DNA of 64,000 nt from Catajapyx aquilonaris. Taxonomy: Eukaryota. Positions within the stretch are counted from its first letter, which is position 1. The number at the start of each line of letters is the position of its first letter. The stretch lies in contig KZ538320.1 in NCBI GenBank assembly GCA_000934665.2, forward strand, positions 1 to 64,000. The letters run 5' to 3'. Under the pieces are notes generated by a model. The model was not told where the DNA came from and searched no databases. It worked only from the letters and a program-made list of their open reading frames with translations. Both the position numbers and the translations under genes were made by a program. Shown here piece by piece: positions 51,316-62,504 of the stretch.

Positions 51316-52947
51316 AGACTTTTTGCGTCCTCTCCGGTCAGTAGTCTACGGGCTTCTCATAGACTCGCCAGTTTTGTAGTAATGTGAAGCCATCAGAGGT
51401 TTTACCTAATTGCGTGCATCAAAAATTGAAGCAACGTCTCTGTACTTGGCTGCTTAGTTAACATTGCGTGCATTGAAGCGAGCAATCAGCCCACACGTCA
51501 GGGACTTGACGACATTGTAGACTCGTGGCATCTCGGGGGGCTCTCCCGCTGTGACAATCGCAATTCATAAGCACAAAGTAAGGCGGTAAGCGTAATGAAT
51601 GCGATTGTTGTCACACACCCCCTTGTGTGTAGGTTCTCCTCGGGGGGTATTCTCAATCAAAGAGCTCAATTGCTCTCCCCAGCCTTTTAGACAGCAGGCA
51701 ACAAGTTCCAATGGCAACAGCTGTGGAAATGGACTTAGCAACACTCGGTGCCAGGGTCGGGGGGAGGGGGAAAAAAAGTGTAATAATTGGAGTGTTTGCC
51801 GCCTGGAACAGTTGCGCTGAAAACAAATGGTGTTGTGTCTACCCCTTGAAAATTTTGGCGGAGTAAGCTTTTATCCGGGGTTTTTCCCCCCCGGGCTGTC
51901 TTGCAGAGTTTGCGGGCCTCAGAAAGGGGGGGGGCTCAGATGCTAATCCTAAGTTGCGGATGACGTGGGCCGGATGGTTCTTCTCAGCATAAGATGAATC
52001 GCGGAGACAACGCATAAATGAAGACTGACTAATTCTGGGAGATTTCCCGGATACCAGAGGCGTGGAAAAGAGGCCCGTCCTCCCGGATTTATCACTGCTG
52101 GGGAACATCCCCAGAACTTTCCTAAACGCGTCTCGACCGCGACCTGCATAAATCCGTCAGATTCAAGCGCGTATTCCTCAGGGCAATCCGGACTTTTCCT
52201 CTGCTGATTTCCCCCGCCGGATTGGCCACATGAGTATGAAGGACGGATATCCAAATTCGCAAATTTTTTTCTTGCTTTTCACCCTCCCACATTTTAAGTC
52301 CAAAGTCTGTGAGGATGTGAAAACGACGTTAAGCTGGAGAGCTGGGATATTGCTGAAATGTGGCGGACGTGAGCAGGAAGCAAATTCGCAGATTTTTTTT
52401 TCTCTCGCCCCCCACTACCCCCCAGTTCTTTCCAAACTTCTTTTTTTTTGGCAAAATGGTTCCCTCTACCCTTCTTGTCATCTCATGAGAGACGTATCCC
52501 CTGGTGCTGATAAAAGCCGGGACTTTGCCTTTTAATGCATTCGGCCTTCTCCCAGGTTTTTACGCTTTCTGTGTAGCCAGTAAGTTTTTTTTCCCCCTGG
52601 AAAAAAAAAATGGCAGGCAGAAAATGTGGGCGAACTTAACTCCGAGCGAATACCTCGAGAGAGAACCTTTTCATTCCGGTCTCTTGGCACATGCTGTATT
52701 TTCCGGGCCGTGACGTTACCTGGGTATATCATATTCATGGAGTTATCAGCCGGGAGCGACACGACGGAGAAGGCGTGTGTATAAGGCTACATTAGGGGCA
52801 TTCACACTGCAACCGAACCCATTACGGAACCGGCCCACTTTTTGGTTGCTTAATCATTGATCATCTGATTCCATATTCGTCATTTTGCAAAAGTGCCAAC
52901 CGAAATCATATTTGTTGACCCTTTTTTTAAATATTTGTGCTAACTTA

Positions 52948-53088
52948 CTATCGGGTTCAAATACTTTTGGCCACTTTATCCTGGTCTTGAAGCAACTCTT
53001 TGCACAGACCCCACGTTAAGGAGGTGTGTGTTTGTGTTGGTTGCTTCAAGACCAAGATAAAGTGGCCAAAAGTATTTGAACCCGATAG
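52948..53088. mobile_element. MITE family E, full copy
   Basis: TA|CTATCGGGTTCAAATACTTTTGGCCACTTTATC...GATAAAGTGGCCAAAAGTATTTGAACCCGATAG|TA, with TIRs of ~49 bp. Confidence 0.95.
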
Positions 53089-53094
53089 TACGTA

Positions 53095-53205
53095 CAGTGC
53101 TGGACATATTAGCAGTACCTAAATGTTTACGTAGCTGCCAGGTAACGCCAGCGACGCTTATGGCTAAAAATAAACGTTTAGGGACAGCCAATATGTCCAG
53201 CTGTG
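53095..53205. mobile_element. Tc1-like MITE (F)
   Basis: TA|CAGTGCTGGACATATTAGCAGTACCTAAATGTTTA ... TAAACGTTTAGGGACAGCCAATATGTCCAGCTGTG|TA. Confidence 0.8.
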
Positions 53206-55003
53206 TACTAGTAACATGATCTTGGCTTTTCGATTGTACTTACGGACATTTAAACCACTCTGTTGAGATGCAATAACATTACACCAATGAGCATAGTGTT
53301 ACTGACAACAGAGAAGGGCTTTACTAGGTTGGGTTACAGTGAGGTCAACACCCTTCTATTGTTACCACAATTATTGATAAATTTTCCACATTGTTTGAAT
53401 GAAGCGAGCGACATAATGAAAACTTTGAAACATTTTTTGGTGAGTTCAGCCTGAGGGTAGCTAAGATTTTAAAAAGGATAAGTAGCGCCCGATGAGGTGT
53501 TGCGAAAAGGAAGTTTGGCCAGGGGCGCTTTTTTCCCAGAGAGATAGAAGGGGAGGCAAAAATGTTGATAACGATCCAAAGGAGTACAAGTGGTGGAATT
53601 CCGGTGGGGTCAGAGGCAGAAGTGAATGAAGAGAGAGAGAGAGGCCTGAGTGGCTGCTGCCTTCCGTGAAATCCCACGGCGTTGCCAATCCTCTTTTGGC
53701 GACCATTTCCCTTAAAAGCTCTTCTCTTTTTTTAGATAAAAAAATTCAGGCATTTACGTTCTACTTGAAGCGACAATTTTTTGGCAGATGTGTATCAGCT
53801 TCAAGTAAGAGTGCATGCAACTATATACTCTTAGTGCAAAGTTCAGGCCCCCCTCGTTTTGTCTGTGCCCATCACCTGTCTCCTCCTCTCTCACTTAATA
53901 ATCGTTACCTGCAGATTTGCAGGCGCCGTTCGGAGGTCACACGTCAACCCGGATTACGCCCCGGATCTCTTTTCTCTCCCGGAGCTGCCTTCTCTCATGT
54001 CCTCACCTTCCCTTGTCAGAGATATAGCCTTTCCTCTCGCCCTTCCTTCTCCATCCCATTTTTCATCCCCTGCTTGGCCCCTAAAGAAATCTACAGGATG
54101 CTACACTGCTTACTGATATAATTTCGGCCCGTTGCTTGTAACAATTTGAAGTAACTGCTTTATAATTAATTTTGAGCAATGGAACACCCTGTAGTACATC
54201 TATAGGGGCATATGTTATCAGTAGAGCTCGTTCGTCATTCCTCTGCCTCCGGGCCTGTGTTTGGAGGCTGCTTCTGCGCCCGGATTCTACTTATCCGGCG
54301 TATTATGGAGGGGTCCCTAGAGGTCGGACCGGAAAATACATCAACATACGTACTACGCCTCCGTCGCCGGTTTATATGCTCGGTTTGTGGCGCTTCCGGT
54401 CCTTGCCTTTCTTTATTTCCTGATCCGGTGGCGTAAGGGTAAACGTGGATGGTGTGTTTTAATCGAAGGAGGGAGACCAGTTTGTTGAAAAGATTATCGA
54501 TTGCCTATTGGCTGGTGTTGGGACTGGTTGGAAGATGCTCAAGTTCTGCTGTCTTGGCGATTTCGTGCGAATAAAACGCAGGAAAGGGCCGGAGTAAAAG
54601 GTTGGGGAAAACTGGTACTCGTGCAGACAACCATCGTGTGAAATATTTACTTTTTTTTAAAACTAGTTACTGGGTTTTTGAATCAATAGTTTCTCCTCTG
54701 TGACTGTGGACCAGCCGGCATAAAATGGCGGCCACTTTGCGGAGAAGAAGAAAAGAGAAAAAGGAGGCAAGGTCATGCAAGCAGAGCTTTTGATGGACAG
54801 ATTTATTTCCGGGTTGGTTCTGGAAGTGACATCGGTTAACGAGAGCAGGAAATGAAGCGGGCCAAGAGGCGTCTTTCTTCCTAGCTGCGGGGGACAAGTG
54901 GAGTTGTTGGAGAGGAGGTTTGAAGGAGAAGAAAAGAATGGCCATGTTTCCACTGGACATGGTTCTGCACAGCATGCTGAGCAATAATATACGTAAATAA
55001 ATA

Positions 55004-55111
55004 TGGCCACACTGCTACGCAACTATGGACGTAGTGTCAATTCTTTCCCATAGATGGCGCACCCTCTCGCTCTACACACTGATGATGACTCACCGCGGAC
55101 AAACAGAGGCA
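55004..55111 (+). repeat. Family C cassette
   Basis: TGGCCACACTG...TGGACGTAGT...CCCATAGATGGCGC (55047-60)...GATGACTCACCGCGGACAAACAGAGGCA. Confidence 0.85.
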
Positions 55112-58100
55112 CGGTTCCAACAATTCTGCGTGTGATTCCTTGTGGAAAATATACACCGATGCTATCTAGAGCTCTTTACTTAAAGAAGTGAAGCACATAG
55201 CCGGCACTATCGATCAGGATTAAGGAGCTATAGGGAGGGAGGAGAAGGGGGTTGGGATGGTTCCTGATTATCCGGAGCAGGCCCTTGTTTGCATGAAGAG
55301 GAGTCGGCCCACCTCGGTTGGAAGTCACCGGAAGGATGCTAGGGGTCGTAAGGCCCGGATTTCGGAACAGGCTAATTAATATGGCGGTTAAGTTTGGGGG
55401 GCAAAAGAGGGGGGGGGGGNNNNNNNNNNNNNNNNNGGGGGGGGGGCGAGAAGGCAAGTGCCGTCTTATCAATTTTCCATTTTCGGGTTAGTACTGTGGC
55501 CGATAAAAATTAGGAACCATTGTTCGAGTTATATCCGGGTTATACCATCGCTAAACTCCGGATTAAGAAATAACTGTAGCTTAGCTTAATCTACAGATTA
55601 CGAACTTTTGCCTCGAGAAATTCAAATTTTTGTGAACTGGGATTAAACTGGACTTGAACCGGGTTTACATTTGAACCACTGTTCGAGAAATCGCCCCTAA
55701 AAGTGGCCAAAATCAGCGGGTCAAAGTTAACCACCGGTTACTATAGTTGGGAGTGAGGAAAACACCAAGTCGCCTAATGCCATTGTCGGAAGCCATTACT
55801 TAAAAAATCAATCTAACCAACAGTCGCTATTTATACAACTAGATCGAAGGAGTGGTGTTAACTATTTTAAAAAACGACTACAGAGAGTAGCCTGCTAATT
55901 CTGCAATCAATAGTACTAGCCATTCCTAACATTTATATTTAATAGCTGCTACTCCAGTAGCAGTTACTGTGACTGGTAGTTAATCTATGCAGTGTTCGTT
56001 TTAGTATACATTCAGGATGTTTTCCATCGGATGGAAATGTGATGGACGACACACGTCAAAGAATATGTCAACTCCATGGATGAAGATCCAGGCTGGCAGT
56101 TGTTGGAATTACATGCAGACAAGCCTCGTTCGGAAATCCGGTCGAATTAGCAGAGGAGAGAGGCCTGAATTATTAGAACTGCATTTCCAGCCACTTTTTT
56201 TTCTCTCGTTTTTACAAAAAGTATTCACTAATGAAGAGGGGGTGCTCCCTCGTGAGCCAAATAACCCGACGGGATTTTTAATTGAAAAGTGGAACATTTC
56301 ATTTCACGCATTGGAACCTCTGGCAACGCAATGCTGGTCTTTTTGCTGGACGATCAAATTTTTTAAAGAAATAGTACAAATTATTATTACAGTGGCACAG
56401 TTAATATTTAAAAATATAATATCAAATGTCAAGTTCTTCCTCATTTTTTCCCATTTGGACCCAACAGTAGCGTGTTGTGTATTTCGACCATGAAATTTTC
56501 TGCATTTAAATTAAAATTGAAGTCGAGGAACAAATGCCGTGCGTTACATTTTGAAAGAACCATCCAAGTGACCATTGTTGCTTGGTTTGTTTGCCAAAAA
56601 AGGACCATTGCTAATTTTTTTTATCGCACTGGAGCATCAGTAGTTTATTCAGCAGTCGTCCATGTTGACCTCTGCATGCGAATAAAAGGAGACGTTTGTG
56701 ATGGAAAAAGGACGCAACTTTGTGTCCGAGTTTTTTTTTATTGTTGGTTGTTGAGACTCGGCTGCATTTTCCTAATTCCTGTTTTGGAGCAAAACAAAAA
56801 CAAGGGGGTGGACCGGGGGTTTAAAAAAAAAAACCTGGCGGAGTTTCCGGCAGCAGAGCAAACGAATGCGGCGGGCCATTGTTTGCGGTGTCCGTTGGAA
56901 TGGATTGGGACGGGACGTTGTGCAGTCGGGACAGCCAACGGTCGGGATTGAAAGCTTTTGCGGCCACACCGACACAGCTTGCAGGAACGACACATGCACA
57001 AAAAAGTCACTATTTTGGAGGGGAAACAGCTTGGAAATAATGACCCAAATATCTCCATGTTTACGAAGCTCAAAGGTCTTGTAGAATCACAATTAAGTCC
57101 TTAGGTGAAAACGTCCTTTGATTTAAACACTCGGTCAAGTCATGCCCTGGATCTGTCCACATTAAAGATTTAGTTCACTAAAGATGACATGTTCAATACA
57201 ATGAAATAGCGCATGAAACAGATTGTTTTTCAATGAACTCCAGTACTGATAAGCCCGACAGACTGTGAAAAAGAAATGGCAGAAGCTCCATATTGCCTCA
57301 ATATATTTTTTTTGCCAATCTTGATATCCCTTTTCTCCCATTCTTCTGATGCTAGAAAATACCATAAAAATGAAGACAGTTCTGCAGCGACTTATCAGGC
57401 TTCTTGCAGTCTAGGCTTGTAAATAAGGCACAAAAAGCATCTCGGTTTAAACTTTATCTGGCTTCAGGGAGGAATGGACGGGGCGATTTTTGAGGGCTTC
57501 GTCCCTATATAGCATGGCTCGGATGTGGCTAAATATTTGAAGCACTTTCTGAATAGCGTGCCTCCAGGCTCAATCCGCTCCCCATCCACGAAAAAAAAAA
57601 ATTGCGAATTTTTGCGACGAATCCTTTCTGAGCAGGGAGGCTCATCTTGCCTAGAAATGGAGCCTTTTTTTTCTCTCCATGCGACTATCGATCATCTTTT
57701 CTAGCCTCATCCTTCTCTCATCATTAAAAAATTTAAGTAAAACAACGCGGTTATATATGAAGGTCCTTTTACTTCAGAGGTTTTGTTGCCGCACCCCTGC
57801 TGGATATAGGTTAAAACCGAAAAATCTGAAAAACAGAAAATTTGCACAAATTTCTTTACATGACATACGCGTTATATTACGTTTTTATTAACCTCAATGA
57901 CCGTTCCTGTACCAAACATTAATGGATTGTTGTTCCGCAATTTTTTGGCAATAGCAGTGATCCCTGTTATTTTAAACATTCTGACTCTTTTGAGTGATTA
58001 GTTAGTTGATATTTCCAACCCTCATCCCCCAAAAAGTACACGATTTGCAAACACGACCTTTCACAATTATTAATTGCTAATGTCAGGTAACATGAGCGTA

Positions 58101-61100
58101 AATTTATGAATTGTGTCAGGTAGCACTCTTCTCCCCCCCCCCCCCNCCCATATACACCAACGGGCCATGATAATTGGAGGCCATTGATTGGATGGGGATT
58201 GACAGGTGTGAACGTTTTGCTCGCTAATGAAACATAACTCTGGGATTACACTGTTTTGAGTGCCTGTGGTGATCGCATTGTTCATAGATTGCGGAGGCCA
58301 ATCCGAATTCCTACATTTGGCCCACCCATCCCACCCCATCCAGCTCCCCCTCCGATCCCCCCAGTCCGGAAAACTATTGACAAAATAATGCGGGCGTCAT
58401 GAATCAAATCCGGGAAATTGCTTGGCCCGGAGTAAATTCCAGCAGGGATGATGAACCGGATTGCGATTTTCCGGCCACTATTTTTTTTCGGCCTTTTCAA
58501 ATTGCCCGCCTGTCTCAGGTGGCGGATACTGCAGTGTTGCCACATCTTGAGCAATGGCGGCCATTGATGCAATCCAGCGATGTTGCCACATTTCATATTG
58601 CTGGACAAGGAGTATTTTTTTTAACGCACATTATTGGTTAAATTCCAGAAATTCGGCCATTTTTTGGGGGTTAGTACTGGACTAGCCAACCACAGAAGGT
58701 GTGGTGTAGCCAATAGCATGAATGCGGCGTTGGTAGCCACCAACCGGGGACAGGGGTAACCACCAAGCTGCTTTTCAGTCGCGGTTTCACGTGGGGGGGA
58801 ATTGGTGAAAAACGCGGTCTGGTGGTCAGAGGGGCTTTCCTTATTTGTCCGAGCTTGAGTCCTCCTCTAATCCATGGGCTCAAGAGAGGAAAAGCCCAGG
58901 CCCCATGACGGATGGGCTTTTCCACGCTTATCGGCGGAGATGTAGGTGGCGCCACTTTGTCAACGCCACCCGGCGGATGGGACCGGAACTAATAGCCCAA
59001 AGATGGCGGACGGTTGTGTCTCTTAAGGGTTGAATGTCCTAGTGTTTTGGACACCTTCCATGGGGTGGTGGGGTGGGTGAAGATCGAAGCTGGGAGACCG
59101 GGGATCGATCCTGAGGCAAATGAGGCCAACTCTGGCTGTCGTCTTAGCCACCCCCCTTCCTCCTCCTTTGCCTGTGGAGATTGCGAGCGGAATGAGCTAT
59201 GATTGTAATTAAGCTGACTCCTCCACCACCCTACCACCACTCCTAGTTTCCTCCAGTCATCAATTATAAATATTCCCTAGGCGCTTTTGCATTCGGCACC
59301 CATGCAACAGTTTGCTTTAATAAGAAAGGAGAGGATCCGGACCCCCCGCAAGCCAGTCGTGACTTCCTCGTTCCGGATTTTCTAGACGTGAAAGTCGAGC
59401 GTGTGATTAGCAGAGGCGGTGCTGCCGATATTCAGAAACCCACTGGAGCATGAGCCAGACACCCGGCATCTGTGCTCGATCAAATAGTTCAGTCAGCCTT
59501 TTTCTTAGAAGCTGTGACTAACTAGGAGTCTGCTTTTGGGAGGCTCATTACCATACTCAGGATTGTTGGTTGTTGAGGTTGCAGGTGGCATAGAGAAGCG
59601 GTTTTACACACCCAAGTTCTCGGTTTGGCTATACAGCCATTCACGAAATGAGTTGCGAGTTGCTAGTTTAAATACCTGTACAAATGTGAGGATATTTATC
59701 CATAAGTTGTTATCTTGTAACTTGTAACTTCTGGCCACACTTCCGCTGCAGTCCAGCCCGATATCAGAGTAGGCTCAGTGATGGGGAAAATGAGCAGGGA
59801 CACTAAAAGGCCAAATGAACTGATATAACAGCCAATGTCATCTGGGAAGACTTATCAACGAACAAAAGATAAAACAGAATATTAATCAATCAGTTCATTC
59901 AGTGAATCTCTCCCAGGTTACAATATTGAATATGGCCGGAAATTGTATTTATTTATTAATTAATACCGGTACGTATAATGTTATCCAATGCAGTGCTTTA
60001 TCTTTAGGATAGCATACCTGCTATTCTGACCAAACACGCGTGATAACTTTTAATTACACATCTTTCATTATTAATACAGTAATTTGACATACTTGATGAA
60101 AACGCATGAAGGTGTGTAAGAATCACCAACATTCTGTAAGTAGCACCAATTGTGTTTGAGTGTCCGCAAGTGTTATCTCCAGGCCTGTACGTGCTCTAAT
60201 TACACGCTGATCTAACTTTTGGGGGTGATCAGATTGGCTAACTGGTCGTTACTCAACACTGGTTCAGGTCACAATTTTAGCGCCTGTTTACACATACAGT
60301 TCAGGGAGGAAGTTTTAGAGGGGGGAGGCGATGTTTAGGAGCGATTTTGGGGATGGCCAGTATCAATTATTATCCTGTTAAATTCGGGCTTGCCCGAGCT
60401 CCAAATTGCGTTTTGTCAGTCACCGCCACTAAAACCTTTGTTGATAGGATAAACAGATCGGCCCGAATTGTCTTCTAGGTTTATCATTGGCGTGTAGTTT
60501 TTTTGGGGAGTGGGTGGGATCAGGGGAGGTTTGATCTGTTTTCATTTCGGGGGGCAGGGGGATATGTGTTGTGGGCCCCAAGATTATAGTTTGATGAGGC
60601 CCTTGCTGAGCTCGTTATGCAAATGAGTTTCATCGGAAAGCAAGGCAAATACAAAACCAATGGGCAAATATCGAATGGGATTAATAAATCTGGAAGGACT
60701 AATTATTGATGATGTTGGAAAGTGGAGAGATGTTGTCTCTCCCCCAGCTTTAGTCGACCGGCATTTTGATCGCAAGGCTGTGAGGCGTCCACTGCAAATA
60801 TGCTTCTGTTTGCTCGAGAAACCCCCCCTTTTTGCACGCCTCTTTGAGCCAGATTTGCACTTTGCAGTTTGCCCTTCGCTACCTGGCAACCTTTGCTGCC
60901 TTAAGGTTCATTCCTACACGCCTGGAAACTTCCCCTAGACTTTTCATATACAGTCTGTCGGATTTACCTGGAGGCAAATGGCCAACACTGTTACCATGTT
61001 TGAAATCTGGCGTCGTATCAGTACAATATATTCATTCCCAAAATAACTATTGCTTCTGATTATCTCCCTCCGGTAGTTCTAATATTAGGCACTTATATTC

Positions 61101-62324
61101 ACCCCTTTTAACTGCCAGGATCTGACGTTACAGTCGGCGAGCCTTGCCAACCCTTTTTGCATGTAATTATTCCTGTCTCATATTCCAACCCACCTTTTAA
61201 CTTTTCTAGCCATCTATTTTAGGATTCTAGATCAATACACATTGTGCTCCAGGGCTGCAAGTATAGAGAGAGGAATTGATGTACACAGGATCTCTTATAG
61301 TAGCAATGTTTGTCAGCTGCAGACATCATCTCCAACCATGCCATGAGCGTCTCATACCCTTGTTTTTTTACGTCCGAATTAATTGAGTTACTGCTCTTCT
61401 GGAGCTTCATTCCGCTTGCATTTTTACGGCCTTTCCACGAGACCGTTTTTGCAAACGCACAAAAAAAAACATCCCTCTAGTTATCCCATCGCGTAGTTTA
61501 GGACTCGCGGGGGAAATCTGGCTGCACTCATACTCCGTGTAGTTTTTGTCGTCGCCAACTGCTCTTAGCACCTATAACTGCGTATTATTTCCTTTACTTT
61601 CCTTTTAAAAAACGCACCGGAAGTGTAGAGGGAGGGGCCTGAAGCAGTTGCGGCTGAGTAAGTACCCATCAAGACGGCAATTAGGAAGTGGCATTGGATT
61701 GTGCCGGGTTATGGAAGATTAGTGAGCATTCGGGAGGGGAGGATTGGGGATGAGGTTCATTCTGGAAGGTACTGACGCTGTTCATTGCCCTTATGAGTTG
61801 GGAGGTTCAATCCCAGCCGGTCCATAATCACGTACTTGCCACACAGGGCCAATTGCTCACCTGCTCTCAACACAAGTTCCATGAACGCATCCAAAATGTT
61901 GCATCTAGGCTGCATAGACCGTTTAAAGCACAAACTTGAAGATGATCACAGAGGTTGAACGGGGTAGGGGAAGTGTAACCGCCAAAAGGTGGTATGGCCC
62001 GCTTTGATGTCGATCCCTCTTTAGACCCTACTCCGGTTGTGATTGGCTGCTTCTGGTGGTGTCCTGCTGCAAGTGTCCTCCATTTTGGAATAAAGAGTGT
62101 GACGTGTTGTGGAGTGTGGTGTAAGTGGTGTTGGTGTGTTGGTGAGGGCGAGGGTGAGGTGACAACGGTGATGCGAGGTGCGGTGGGCGCCCGGGTGACG
62201 AATGCGGAGGTGAGGCTCCGGCGGCGGGCTTGCCTACTACTCCCCCCGATAAGGAAGAGAGCAAACGCACCGCTGCATCGCGTCACCCTTCGCAACACTG
62301 CCAACCCACTTGTCGTCCCTGCAG

Positions 62325-62386
62325 ACATGGCCATGTATTACTACGCCAGCAGACTCAATGCCTCCGCGCAGGCACTCTCCAGGAAG
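62325..62386 (+). CDS. Putative 62-nt coding exon, (D)MAMYYYASRLNASAQALSRK; gene unidentified
   Basis: Acceptor CTTGTCGTCCCTGCAG|, donor AAG|GTAAGA, and an ATG in GACATGG context at 62327. The frame is open upstream to ATG 62171 and 61994. All three frames are open across the exon, so the choice of frame is inference. Confidence 0.55.
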
Positions 62387-62459
62387 GTAAGACTGACCCT
62401 AGACACGTGTGGCAACCTGAACATAACTCTGTCCTTCTCTGTGCATCTGTCCTGTCCAG

Positions 62460-62504
62460 GGAAGCTCAGATTGCGCTGAGAATCGCAGGAAAAGTTTATT
62501 GGAG
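62460..62504 (+). CDS. Putative next exon GSSDCAENRRKSLLE (3' boundary uncertain)
   Basis: A 73-nt GT..AG intron (62387-62459) ends in a long pyrimidine tract, CTCTGTCCTTCTCTGTGCATCTGTCCTGTCCAG, and the frame continues. Only a weak donor GAG|GTTCAG follows; otherwise the frame reads to TGA at 62583-85. Confidence 0.4.

Noticed and set aside
61800..61815. B-box-like GGTTCAATCCC
   Set aside because: No A box, cloverleaf or SINE body around it.
61867..62334. 155-aa - strand ORF with HQHHLHH
   Set aside because: The His/Thr/Pro richness is explained by the TG-rich + strand, and the splice signals favour the + strand.
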